A stretch of DNA of 64,000 bases from Thermodesulfobacteriota bacterium (GCA_041947025.1 JBHGBJ010000004.1:15837-79836), one strand, 5' to 3'; shown: positions 1-8,785, numbered from the stretch's first letter. Notes: a model not told the origin generated them from the sequence alone. Numbers and translations: made by a program.

Positions 1-150
1 CGAAGAAAACTCGTAGGTTGGATCCTTCTCAAAAACGGCTACTGTGCCATCAAACCCGTCGTTCATGAGGTTATAGGCAATCGCGGACCCCATGATCCCG
101 CCACCGACGATCAAGACGTCAAAATAAGGGTGCATCGTTGACCTCTTCAT
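1..150 (-). CDS. FAD-dependent oxidoreductase (DAO/sarcosine-oxidase-like), 5' part only; runs off the window start
   Basis: Manual translation MKRSTMHPYFDVLIVGGGIMGSAIAYNL...VAVFEKDPTY contains a Rossmann GxGxxG FAD motif. Not in the ORF track. Alternative start at 135. Confidence 0.8.
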   Translation of the reverse strand, partial: MKRSTMHPYFDVLIVGGGIMGSAIAYNLMNDGFDGTVAVFEKDPTYEFSS

Positions 151-157
151 GCCCACT

Positions 158-272
158 TCCAAGCTCTGATGAAGGGCATAGGAGATGTCCCTCAGGGACT
201 ACCCTTTAGGGGTGAGGGAATGAGGAAAAAATTTTTTCTTCCCTGCCTCCTCAGCTTCTTATCTCCTCATCG
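158..272. repeat. REP-like palindromic element, copy A (inverted relative to 1211-1322)
   Basis: Core GAGATGTCCCTCAGGGACTACCCTTTAGGGGTGAGG matches the reverse complement of about 1261-1296. Internal palindrome GTCCC-TCA-GGGAC. Confidence 0.8.
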
Positions 273-275
273 ATT

Positions 276-1115
276 TCAGTCCCCGGCAAAGTTATTCTTC
301 ATCATCTCCCCCAGAACCCTGGCCCGCTGAGTGGCCACCTCCACCGCATTAATCAGCGTGGTTCTCAACCCGCCTTCTTCTAACGTATGAAGGCCTGCAA
401 TGGCCGTTCCTCCGGGAGAGGTCACCAAATCTTTCAACTTTCCCGGGTGTTCCCCTGTTTCGATCAGCATCTTGGCCGCACCGAGTACCGTTTGAGAGGC
501 CAGAATCAATGCATCGTTCCTCGCGAGTCCCACCTTGACCCCTGCATCCGCTAAGGCATCAATGATCAGGAAGATATAGGCAGGCCCGCTTCCACTCAAT
601 CCTGTAACCGCATCGAGAAGACCCTCCTCGATGAACAGGGATTTCCCCACGGAGTCAAAGATCGTTTTTGCGATCATTAAATCTTCCTTGTGGACGTGTT
701 TCCCTCCGGCAATGGCGGAGACCCCCTCACGGACTGAAACGCAGATATTGGGCATGACCCGGATCAATTTCAGCTCCTTCTTTGCGCAGGCTTCGAGGGA
801 ATTCAATGGGACGCCGGCTGCGATGGAGATGATCAATTTTGAAAGATCGAGATGCTTTGAGACCTCGGATACGACCTCTTTCATGATCTGAGGCTTTACA
901 GCCAGGATGAGGATCTCGGCTTGTTTGACGACCTCTATGTTGTGAGAGGTTCCCTTGACCCCGTATGTCTCCCGTATGGCCTTCAGCCTTTCCGGCCGGG
1001 TATCTGAACAAAGAATCTGCTCCGGCTTACAAACATGCCCATGCAAAAGTCCCTTGATCAGAGCCTCTCCCATATTCCCTGTCCCAACGAAACCAACCTC
1101 TTTATTCTTTAACAT
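276..1115 (-). CDS. proC: pyrroline-5-carboxylate reductase
   Basis: GFVGTGNMG NADP motif; IRVMPN, GLSGSGPAY and VTSPGGTAIAGL signatures. Confidence 0.97.
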   Translation of the reverse strand: MLKNKEVGFVGTGNMGEALIKGLLHGHVCKPEQILCSDTRPERLKAIRETYGVKGTSHNIEVVKQAEILILAVKPQIMKEVVSEVSKHLDLSKLIISIAAGVPLNSLEACAKKELKLIRVMPNICVSVREGVSAIAGGKHVHKEDLMIAKTIFDSVGKSLFIEEGLLDAVTGLSGSGPAYIFLIIDALADAGVKVGLARNDALILASQTVLGAAKMLIETGEHPGKLKDLVTSPGGTAIAGLHTLEEGGLRTTLINAVEVATQRARVLGEMMKNNFAGD

Positions 1116-1210
1116 GCCAATCCCTCCCGATATTCTGATCTTTTGATTGAATGCGAATTCAGAAACTTGGGGCTTCGTCCAATAGCAAGGATACCCGTTC
1201 CGTCCGGGGG

Positions 1211-1322
1211 CCGATGGGAAGATAAGGGACCGAGGAAGAATAAGATTTTTCTCCTCATCACCTCACCCCTAAGGGGTAGTCCCTGAGGGACATCTCCCAG
1301 GCCCCTCGTCGAAGCTTAGGAC
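1211..1322. repeat. REP-like palindromic element, copy B
   Basis: CCTCACCCCTAAGGGGTAGTCCCTGAGGGACATCTCC is the near-exact reverse complement of copy A. Confidence 0.8.
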
Positions 1323-1560
1323 CCGACTTCATCACCCTCACCTAGTCCAGGGTGCCCTTCCGCTATATAACCTATCTAAGGGACATTTATCCCGATATTC
1401 TATCAAAAGTCAACCCTTTTGAACGTATGAAATTCCCGCATTATTCAGGGGTCTCCCGATAACAGGCTGACCCATCAAAAATTTCTATAGAAATTTCTGA
1501 AGCGATATGTTAATGCTTGACATAAATCAATCGGAAGCAAGCACCGCAGAGGTTCCGGCT

Positions 1561-1660
1561 ATCAGATAATGCCTGCCGGCAGGCAGAGACATCAGGACAC
1601 CAGGTGATCAGGTCGACGGATTTCTTCCTTCCGGGAGCCTGATATGCTGATTGCCTGCTA
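1561..1660. repeat. inverted 8-mer array (ATCAGGnn / CCTGATnn) containing a TGCCTGCCGGCAGGCA palindrome
   Basis: Units atcaggac accaggtg atcaggtc are mirrored by cctgatat gctgattg cctgctat. A 16-bp perfect palindrome lies at 1570-1585. Confidence 0.6.
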
Positions 1661-1677
1661 TCCACAGGAAAGGGACG

Positions 1678-2313
1678 ATGTTTCGATATCTCGTGATAGA
1701 GGGTCCCGTCGGCGTTGGCAAAACCAGTCTGACAACGCTTCTGGCTAAGGAGTTCAACGCCCGATGTATCTTAGAAAAATCTGAAGAGAACCCTTTTCTT
1801 TCCCAATTCTACCAAGATCGCAAAAAATATGCTTTTCAAACCCAGGTCTTTTTTTTACTGAACCGCTTCCAACAGCAGAGGGAAATTGCCCAGCTCGATC
1901 TGTTCAACCAGGTGACCCTTTGCGACTACCTCTTTGCCAGAGACAGGATATTCGCCTCCCTGAATTTAAATGACGATGAGCTTGCCCTTTACGAACAGAT
2001 CTTCCATCTTCTAACCGGACAAATCCCCTCTCCGGACCTGGTGGTCTTCTTGCAGGCAAAGCCGGAGGTGCTGCTTCATCGGATCAGGTCAAGAAATGTT
2101 CCTTATGAGAAGGGGATTGATTTCGACTATCTCAAGACCTTGACAGAGGCCTACAATTACTATTTCTTCCACTACGACCAAACTCCTCTTCTCGTGGTCA
2201 ATACCAGTGAAATCGATTTCGTGAATCGAGAAGAAGATTTCGCCCGGTTGGTCCGAGAGATTAAACAGATGAGAAAGGGGACGTGGCACTTCATCCCCAT
2301 GAGATCCAAATAA
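1678..2313 (+). CDS. deoxynucleoside kinase (dGK/dCK family)
   Basis: IEGPVGVGKTS P-loop; ENPFL..FY.D, FQTQVFFLLNR, PDLVVFLQA. ATG 1678 follows an AAGGGA RBS. Confidence 0.93.
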   Translation: MFRYLVIEGPVGVGKTSLTTLLAKEFNARCILEKSEENPFLSQFYQDRKKYAFQTQVFFLLNRFQQQREIAQLDLFNQVTLCDYLFARDRIFASLNLNDDELALYEQIFHLLTGQIPSPDLVVFLQAKPEVLLHRIRSRNVPYEKGIDFDYLKTLTEAYNYYFFHYDQTPLLVVNTSEIDFVNREEDFARLVREIKQMRKGTWHFIPMRSK

Positions 2314-2480
2314 CCGAAATCCCCTGCCTGCCGGCAGGCAGGCAAATTCCAAATCCCAAGCACCAGATTCCAAATAAATCCCAATAACCAAATCCTAATT
2401 CTCAAACCAAACCGTTTTGATCATTGGATATTGGAAATTCGGGTTCATTTGGTACTTGAAGTTTGGAAATTGAAATTTAA
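2311..2480. repeat. inverted heptamer array (AAATCCC-like / TGGAAAT-like) with a 20-bp palindrome at 2323-2342
   Basis: aaattcc aaatccc aagcacc agattcc ... mirrored by tggatat tggaaat ... tggtact tgaagtt tggaaat. Lies between convergent genes. Confidence 0.8.
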
Positions 2481-2729
2481 TTAACCTTCTGGAGTTGAAG
2501 AAGCTCCTCCTTCTTTGGCTCCTTCTGGCCTAGGGGCCTCTGGAGTCACCACAGGAGGCTTTTCCTTGACCGGAGGCTTCTCGGGCTTCTTCTTACTCAC
2601 CTCTTTGGCCGCCTCTGTCTTCACGGTCGATGTGGAAGGTGGCAAGAGCCCCTTGGCTCGAAGCTTCTTCCTCTCCTTTTTCCTTTTTCTCCTCCTGGCA
2701 ATTTCCCGGTCCCTTTCACGTCTTGGCAT
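2481..2729 (-). CDS. small basic hypothetical protein (Arg/Lys-rich N-terminus, Pro/Lys/Glu-rich tail)
   Basis: 82-aa ORF with a good RBS (GGGAGG) upstream of the ATG. Function unknown. Confidence 0.7.
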   Translation of the reverse strand: MPRRERDREIARRRKRKKERKKLRAKGLLPPSTSTVKTEAAKEVSKKKPEKPPVKEKPPVVTPEAPRPEGAKEGGASSTPEG

Positions 2730-2747
2730 AGAAACCTCCCTTTCTTC

Positions 2748-2878
2748 AAATTCGGAATTCGCCTGCCTGCCCTGCCTACCACAGGCTGGCGCAGGCAGGG
2801 AGTGCGGGATTCGAAGTAAGGATTTTCATTCCGCATTCTCCATTCCCTGCCCGTCCGCCAGGCGGGCGCAATCCGCAT
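2748..2878. repeat. inverted heptamer array (AATTCGG / CATTCCG) carrying three CCTGCC-type palindrome inserts, two of them nested
   Basis: aattcgg aattcg[..]g agtgcgg gattcga ... cattccg cattctc cattc[..]cg caatccg. Confidence 0.8.
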
Positions 2879-3488
2879 GAGACTTCGGTAAGCGGCACAG
2901 ACGGCTGATCTCTTCCATCACGCGGCGGGTAAGGGAGACCGCATCCGATTCCTTCTCTGCAAAAAGGGGGGGGCCCATGCGTACCTCTACCCGTCTTCTC
3001 CATCCCAACCTCTCCCCATATCGTATGCCCACGGGGACAAAAGGAATCTCGTGCTGCAACTCCTCCTGAAAACCCAAGATCATCCGAAGGAGTCGGCTCT
3101 TGCCCGATCCCACGCCATCTCGGAAATAGGTTCCTTCCGGAAAGATGACGATCTTCTGACCGTCCTTCAATAAAGAGAGAAGAGACCTGAAAGAGTTCAA
3201 GGTGCGGATCGTCTGTTGACGATCGACCGGAATGCCTCCCAGAAGGATCAGGTAATTTCGAATCAGCGGATATTTAAAAAGCTCCCTCTTCGCTACAAAG
3301 TGAAGCAGAGGTTTGACGGCTAAGCTGACGACAGGGATATCCGTCCAGTATTGGTGCTTGGGGAGGATGATCACGGGTCCCTGATCGGGAAGAACCTCCT
3401 CTTTCTCCGTCTCAATCCGATAAACGCTCTTAAAGACGACCCGGGCAATCCATCGCGTAGCCAAGTAGACAAAAGGATTTCTTTCCAT
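2826..3488 (-). CDS. lysophospholipid acyltransferase (PlsC family)
   Basis: HQYWTD (HxxxxD), AKRELF, GGIPVDR and IFPEGT motifs. Confidence 0.92.
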   Translation of the reverse strand: MERNPFVYLATRWIARVVFKSVYRIETEKEEVLPDQGPVIILPKHQYWTDIPVVSLAVKPLLHFVAKRELFKYPLIRNYLILLGGIPVDRQQTIRTLNSFRSLLSLLKDGQKIVIFPEGTYFRDGVGSGKSRLLRMILGFQEELQHEIPFVPVGIRYGERLGWRRRVEVRMGPPLFAEKESDAVSLTRRVMEEISRLCRLPKSHADCARLADGQGMENAE

Positions 3489-3494
3489 TGAAAA

Positions 3495-3678
3495 ATCGTT
3501 GGGTCGTTGAGTTCGTTATGTCCCTGCCTACTGCCTGCCGGCAGAGGAGGCGCTTGGACCGTTCGTATCGTTACTCGTTCAGTACCAGTAAGAAAGATCG
3601 GAACGAGATGAAATGATCTCAACGATCTTTGAACTTAAACGATCTTAACCATCTTAACGTTCCAAACGATCATAACGT
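3495..3678. repeat. inverted 9-mer array (TCGTTnnnn / nnnnAACGA) with a CCTGCC-type insert at 3523-3550
   Basis: tcgttgagt tcgttatgt c[..]cgcttgga ccgttcgta ... aacgatctt aaccatctt aacgttcca aacgatcat. Confidence 0.7.
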
Positions 3679-4281
3679 TTAATAGGAATCGGAACTGTCC
3701 TCTTTGGGAATCATGGAAGGCGCTTCCGTGCCCATCCATTCCTTCTTGGCTCGTTTGGCTGCAGCGATCCCCGCTTTGAGTGCATCTCGATTCAATTTCT
3801 CTGTGCCTTTGGGCACCCGGCCAAGCACGGCGGATTCCACCGCTTTTGGGGAAACAATGGGCGTTAATTGGGTCAGGGCGCCCAAGGCAATGATGTTGGC
3901 GACCATCTCTCTCTTGAACTTTTCCCGAGCAATTCGGGTAAACGGAATCTGGAAGGCCTTCGCAATGGGGAGCTGGGTGACGAAGGTCGAATCGACAATG
4001 AGGACGCCCTCGGGCTTGAGGTCGGAATAAAAGTCGTCGCACGATTTTTGGTTCATCGCGAGAAGGAGATCGAGTTTCATCGCCTCCGGATAATCGATCT
4101 CCTCATCGCTCACGATCACCTCTGCTTTGCTCGACCCCCCTCTGGCCTCTGGCCCATAACTCTGGGTCTGTGCCACATATTTACCGTCATAAATTCCAAT
4201 CGCTTCCGCCAAGATAATCCCCATCAGGATCAATCCCTGTCCTCCTGAACCGCTCAACCGAATTTCGTACCGAGAACCCAT
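3679..4281 (-). CDS. korC: 2-oxoacid:ferredoxin oxidoreductase gamma subunit
   Basis: GSGGQG, QSYGPEARGG and NIIALGAL motifs; operon position. Confidence 0.9.
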   Translation of the reverse strand: MGSRYEIRLSGSGGQGLILMGIILAEAIGIYDGKYVAQTQSYGPEARGGSSKAEVIVSDEEIDYPEAMKLDLLLAMNQKSCDDFYSDLKPEGVLIVDSTFVTQLPIAKAFQIPFTRIAREKFKREMVANIIALGALTQLTPIVSPKAVESAVLGRVPKGTEKLNRDALKAGIAAAKRAKKEWMGTEAPSMIPKEDSSDSY

Positions 4282-4373
4282 TCTTTCTGCTCCTCACATC
4301 CAAAGATCCTTTTCAGATCTGGTACGCCTGAAACTTCGCTGATCTTCGAAATCATCTGCCGAATGCACGACAC

Positions 4374-5219
4374 TCAAGTTTTTAGACTCCCGGTGGCAGC
4401 TTTGGCCCGCTCCCGGACCTTTTCGTATTCATCCTGATACACCGGAAGCTCTTTATCCACCAATACTCCGATAACGATCTTATCCTTCAATTCCTCTGGC
4501 TTCATCTTGGCAGCCTTCTCCACAGGCACGGCATAATCCCGTTGCCACTCCATCATCTCAACCGCCGAACCCAAACGGTTCTGTCTTCCATACTGGGTGT
4601 GGCAGTGGGCGATCACCTCCACCACGGAAAAACCCGGCTTCAAAAAAGCCTTCTCCATCAGGCTATCCAGAAGTTTGGCGTGATAGACGGTTCCCCTTCC
4701 GACAAAGACCGCCCCTGCCGTGACGGCCAATTCAGAGATCCTGAAATCCTGCTCGATATTGGAATAGACAGTGGTCGCCGACCTCATTCCATAAGGGGTT
4801 GTCGGGGAGTATTGTCCGCCGGTCATTCCGTAGATGCTGTTATTGACAATGATGGCCGTGACATCGATATTTCTTCGGGCTGCATGAATGAAGTGATTTC
4901 CTCCGATCGCCACGGCATCGCCATCGCCCATCACCACGATCACCTTGAGGCTGGGCTTGGCCAGCTTTACACCGGTGGCAAAGGCGAGGGCGCGGCCATG
5001 AGTCGTATGCAGGGTGTTAAAATCCACATAGACCGGAAGTCTTCCCGAACATCCGATTCCGGATACGAGAACGATCTCGTCCTTTTGATAACCGATCCGA
5101 TCGATCGCCCGGATCAGTGCACCCAGCATAATTCCGATCCCGCAGCCCGGACACCAGACGTGCGGAAATTTCTTGTCATGGCGAAGATATTCATGGATCA
5201 ACTTGGTAATCTCCGGCAT
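4374..5219 (-). CDS. korB: 2-oxoacid:ferredoxin oxidoreductase beta subunit (TPP-binding)
   Basis: WCPGCG, SGIGCSG, HTTHGRA and GDGD..IGGNH TPP motifs. Start reassigned to ATG 5219, overlapping the korA stop, with a GGAGG RBS. Confidence 0.93.
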   Translation of the reverse strand: MPEITKLIHEYLRHDKKFPHVWCPGCGIGIMLGALIRAIDRIGYQKDEIVLVSGIGCSGRLPVYVDFNTLHTTHGRALAFATGVKLAKPSLKVIVVMGDGDAVAIGGNHFIHAARRNIDVTAIIVNNSIYGMTGGQYSPTTPYGMRSATTVYSNIEQDFRISELAVTAGAVFVGRGTVYHAKLLDSLMEKAFLKPGFSVVEVIAHCHTQYGRQNRLGSAVEMMEWQRDYAVPVEKAAKMKPEELKDKIVIGVLVDKELPVYQDEYEKVRERAKAATGSLKT

Positions 5220-6361
5220 CAGGATACCTCCCTGATTCGATTCAGGATCTCCTGGGGAGTGATGATCGTCCCGTCCACTTTGTTGAGGGTGAACACCTTT
5301 GCAATATTTCGGTTCACCCGTTTCACTTCCCTTGAGATCTGACCCATATTCATCTCGGGGACCAGAAGGATTTTCGATGTTTGAAGGACCTTCTCCACGG
5401 CGCCTCTCGCAAAGGGCCACAGGGTGATCAGCTTAAGAAGCCCCACCTTTATTCCCTTTTCCCTCGCCTCCACGACGGCCCTCTTCGCCGATCGGGCCAC
5501 ACAGCCGTAGGCAATGATCGTCATCTCGGAGTCCTCCGTTTGAAAATATTCAACCATCTGAATTTCCAAATAATGCTGACTGATTTTACGATGAAGCCTG
5601 TCGATAAAAGGCCCGATCTCATCGGGTCTTAACGTGGGAAACCCTCGTATGTCGTGGGTCAGGCCGGTCACGTGATATCGATAACCCTCCCCGAAGCTGG
5701 CCATGGCCGGGACTCCGCTTGGGGTATCCTCGTAGGGAATATACCATTCCGGCGGCACCGTGGGTTTGATCCGATCGACAATCTCCACCTCCTCTTTTTC
5801 TGACAGAACCATCTTCTCCCGCATATGGGCAACGACTTCGTCGATTAACAGGACGACTGGGTTTCTAAATTTCTCGGACAGATTGAAGGCCTTGATGGTC
5901 ATGTCATAACATTCGCGGATGGTCGAAGCGGAAAGGCCGATGATGGGATGATCCCCATGGGTTCCCCACCGGGCTTGCATCACATCGCTTTGAGAGGGAA
6001 GAGTGGGAAGGCCTGTGCTGGGCCCTCCTCTCATCACATTGACGATGACACAGGGAACCTCGGCAATCGCTGCAAATCCCAAGTTCTCCTGCATCAGCGA
6101 AAATCCCGGCCCGCTGGTCGCTGTCATCGACTTCACCCCTGCCAGGGAAGCGCCGATCACGGCACCGAGGCTTGCGATTTCATCCTCCATCTGGATGAAG
6201 GTTCCGTCCACTTGGGGAAGCTTGACCGATAGTTTTTCGGAGATCTCCGTGGCCGGGGTAATGGGGTATCCAGCAAAGAAACGGCATCCGGCCCGAAGCG
6301 CCCCCTCTACCACCGCCTCATTACCCTGTAGTAAAACTTCTTTCAGATTCCGTTTCCTCAC
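5219..6361 (-). CDS. korA: 2-oxoacid:ferredoxin oxidoreductase alpha subunit
   Basis: GNEA, AGYPITP, QMEDE, TATSGPG and RGGPSTG motifs. Start placed at GTG 6361 (uncertain). Confidence 0.92.
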   Translation of the reverse strand: MRKRNLKEVLLQGNEAVVEGALRAGCRFFAGYPITPATEISEKLSVKLPQVDGTFIQMEDEIASLGAVIGASLAGVKSMTATSGPGFSLMQENLGFAAIAEVPCVIVNVMRGGPSTGLPTLPSQSDVMQARWGTHGDHPIIGLSASTIRECYDMTIKAFNLSEKFRNPVVLLIDEVVAHMREKMVLSEKEEVEIVDRIKPTVPPEWYIPYEDTPSGVPAMASFGEGYRYHVTGLTHDIRGFPTLRPDEIGPFIDRLHRKISQHYLEIQMVEYFQTEDSEMTIIAYGCVARSAKRAVVEAREKGIKVGLLKLITLWPFARGAVEKVLQTSKILLVPEMNMGQISREVKRVNRNIAKVFTLNKVDGTIITPQEILNRIREVS

Positions 6362-6605
6362 TCTTTTCCTCTTCTTTCTTCTTCTCCTTCGTCTTTTTTT
6401 CGACCGTGATGGCGAAATCCGGACACCGGATTTCGCACCATCCGCAATTGATGCATTTCTCAATCTCCCTTACATAAGGATACCCTGCTTCATCTTTGGC
6501 CAGAACGCCGGTTGGACAAAATGCAACGCAGATACCGCATCCCTTACACCAAGCCTTATAGATGTCAATCCTCGATTCTTCCTTTTTCTTCCTGATCTCT
6601 GCCAT
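6321..6605 (-). CDS. korD: 2x[4Fe-4S] ferredoxin, delta subunit
   Basis: CKGCGICVAFCP and CINCGWCEIRCP. Confidence 0.9.
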   Translation of the reverse strand: MAEIRKKKEESRIDIYKAWCKGCGICVAFCPTGVLAKDEAGYPYVREIEKCINCGWCEIRCPDFAITVEKKTKEKKKEEEKSEETESERSFTTG

Positions 6606-6820
6606 AAGACATCACCTGACTTTGTGAAACTTCTCTCACCTATCTTGTCTCACCTATTTATATATGAAAGTTACAGGGGTTGTCAACATAACCCAAGCCC
6701 CCTTGACAAAAAATTTTCTGTTAGTTAAACAGACTCAAGCTCGAACCTGTTCATTCGTAATGATTTTCAGGGGAGCAATCCTTAGAGATTGTTTTCATCA
6801 ATATGGATTGGAGGATTTGC

Positions 6821-8605
6821 ATGGAGATTTCAGCGCGTTATGTATTTCGGTGTACCAATTGCGGCAAGAAGATTCCGTGGCCCCTTTCCAAGAGCGATCT
6901 GGGCATTTCGGACTGGGAGGAGCCCGGGGGCGGGAGCCTCTATCCCTACGAGAAGTGCTGGTGCGGCTGGGGTAAATTCATCCGGTGCGAAGACCTCGAA
7001 GCGGCCCGGGGCCAGGAGAAGCCGAGGCTGGAGGCCCAGATCAAGGTCAAGACAGATCATGCGAGGTACGAGAAGCTGCCGGTTGGGCAGATTCACCCCA
7101 ATCCCAAGCAGCCCCGGAAGTTCTTCGATAAGGTGGCCTTGCAATCGTTGGCCAATTCGATCGGGACGATTGGGTTATTGGAAGATATCCTGGTTCGGCC
7201 GGATAAGGGCAACGGGGGCTATGAGATTGTGTTGGGCGAGAGGCGGTGGCGAGCGAGTCAGCTTTCGGAGTCAGGGACGATCAGCAGCAAGATTGTGGAT
7301 TTGACGGATGAGGAGGCGCGGTTGATTTCGTTGGTGGAGAACTTGCAGCGGGAGAATCTGACGGAGGTGGAGGAGGCCTTCTCCTTCAAGAGCTACATTG
7401 ATGGGGGGATGTCGGTGGAGGAGGTGGGGCAGGCTCTGGGGAAGATGGATGACCGGGTGGCGGGCAAGCTCAAGACGTTAAGCACGCATTATTATGTGCG
7501 GTTTCAGGAGAATCGGATCGAGGAGTTGACGAAAGACAATGAGAATTTGAAGTCGGAGTTAAGGGCCTTGCAGAGTCAGCATCGGGTACAATATGCCACG
7601 CAGATCCTTTCGTCGAAGGAGGGTTTGGTGGAGGCGATGAATGAGGGATGGGAGTTTGTGGCTGAGCTTTCGGGCGGAGCGTTCGTCAAGGCCGCAGAGA
7701 AAGAAGGCCAGGTGAACTGGACGAGCACGTTCAAGGACGATGAGGTGGCTCCCTTTCTTAAAGCCTTTAGCAAAGATTATCCCAACATCAAGATCTTTCA
7801 TGAGAGGGAGCACGGCGCAGAGGCCATGGAGAGGCTCTTACGGGAGATCGTCAGCGGAGCGGTGGTAAACGATGTGGTGCAGATTCATCTGGAGTATGAA
7901 CGTGACTTTATAGGAATAGACGCATTGGAGCGTGCGAATTGGGCGGATTGGAAGGTCCTTCCGCAGCTGGTTTCCGAGGACGGCCGTCTGGTCAATATGG
8001 CCGCCTTCCCGTACTGCATCGGTTTTAACACCAAATTGCTGAAGAAGGAAGACGCTCCTGCGACCTGGGAGGCATTGCTTGATCCCAAATGGAAGGGAAA
8101 GGTTGTCATCGATTCACGGCCCCAGTGTTTTCTCAGTCTGGCCGGGGTATGGGGCCCTCAGAAGGTTCTCGACTATCTGAAGAAGCTCGGGCAGAATTCG
8201 CCCGTTTTTACGAGGGGGCAGACCGAGCTTGCAAACATGATGTCCGCCGGGCAATATATGCTTTCAGGCTCGTCGATGCTCCAGGCCCTTGTTTACGTGG
8301 CCCAGAAAGGCGGACCTGTCGCCTGGAATCTCGCAGACCCAATTCCCATCAACACGGTTGACTTTGCCGTTCTGAAAAAAGCGCAGCACCCGAACGCAGG
8401 CAAGGTGCTGCTCGCATGGCTCGGAAGCAAGGGATACAAAATGTGGGACGACATCAACTGGGGGAGAAGCGTCCCTTATGGCGGCACTCTTTTGGAAAAG
8501 GCCGCCCACGGGAAAAAGCTATCTTTCGATCCTCCCTATGAAGTGATACCTGACCGCCAGAAATACGAAGGAGAGATGATCAAGGCCCTCGGGATTAAGA
8601 AGTAA
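6821..8605 (+). CDS. chimeric ORF: Zn-ribbon + ParB/Srx domain + coiled coil, fused to an ABC-type extracellular solute-binding domain
   Basis: CTNC...CWC; PNPKQPRK, GERRWRA and ENLQRENL are ParB motifs. From about nt 7685: KAAEKEGQV, FNTKLLKKEDAPATWEALLDPKWKGK, KKAQHPNAGK (Fe3+/polyamine/thiamine-type binding protein). GGAGG RBS before ATG 6821. Confidence 0.75.
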   Translation: MEISARYVFRCTNCGKKIPWPLSKSDLGISDWEEPGGGSLYPYEKCWCGWGKFIRCEDLEAARGQEKPRLEAQIKVKTDHARYEKLPVGQIHPNPKQPRKFFDKVALQSLANSIGTIGLLEDILVRPDKGNGGYEIVLGERRWRASQLSESGTISSKIVDLTDEEARLISLVENLQRENLTEVEEAFSFKSYIDGGMSVEEVGQALGKMDDRVAGKLKTLSTHYYVRFQENRIEELTKDNENLKSELRALQSQHRVQYATQILSSKEGLVEAMNEGWEFVAELSGGAFVKAAEKEGQVNWTSTFKDDEVAPFLKAFSKDYPNIKIFHEREHGAEAMERLLREIVSGAVVNDVVQIHLEYERDFIGIDALERANWADWKVLPQLVSEDGRLVNMAAFPYCIGFNTKLLKKEDAPATWEALLDPKWKGKVVIDSRPQCFLSLAGVWGPQKVLDYLKKLGQNSPVFTRGQTELANMMSAGQYMLSGSSMLQALVYVAQKGGPVAWNLADPIPINTVDFAVLKKAQHPNAGKVLLAWLGSKGYKMWDDINWGRSVPYGGTLLEKAAHGKKLSFDPPYEVIPDRQKYEGEMIKALGIKK

Positions 8606-8668
8606 GGAGATTCCAGAGAAAATAGAAACAAGTATCACGAATGTAGCCACGCCAGCCTTGCCTTAACT

Positions 8669-8741
8669 CCCCCTTCCCCCTCTTAACCTAAGAGGGGGAG
8701 AGCGGAGGGGGCGTTAGGAAGAGGAGGTAAGGAGGGGTTAT
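8669..8741. repeat. REP-like hairpin element (CCCCCTCTTA-acc-TAAGAGGGGG family)
   Basis: Perfect stem; a homologous direct copy lies at 31611-31682. Confidence 0.75.
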
Positions 8742-8785
8742 CATTCGTGTCATTCGTCTTTAAACTATCGCAGGAGGGGATGACG

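Noticed and set aside
2089-3003. Short ORFs containing ACLPAGR/PACRQAG peptides
   Set aside because: Translations of the palindrome and heptamer arrays, not credible genes.
2311-3678. Possible CRISPR array among the clustered repeats
   Set aside because: Units are 7-9 nt degenerate tandem repeats with no constant 23-47 nt repeat and unique spacers; no cas genes.
5220-5420. 67-aa N-terminal extension of korB
   Set aside because: Overlaps korA; the RBS and coupled ATG at 5219 give the natural start.
6362-6463. Poly-Arg/Lys N-terminal extension of the korA ORF
   Set aside because: It is an alternate-frame reading of the korD 3' end; homology starts near LKEVLLQGNEA.
6606-6820. parS site near the ParB-like gene
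   Set aside because: No TGTTTCACGTGAAACA-like palindrome seen.
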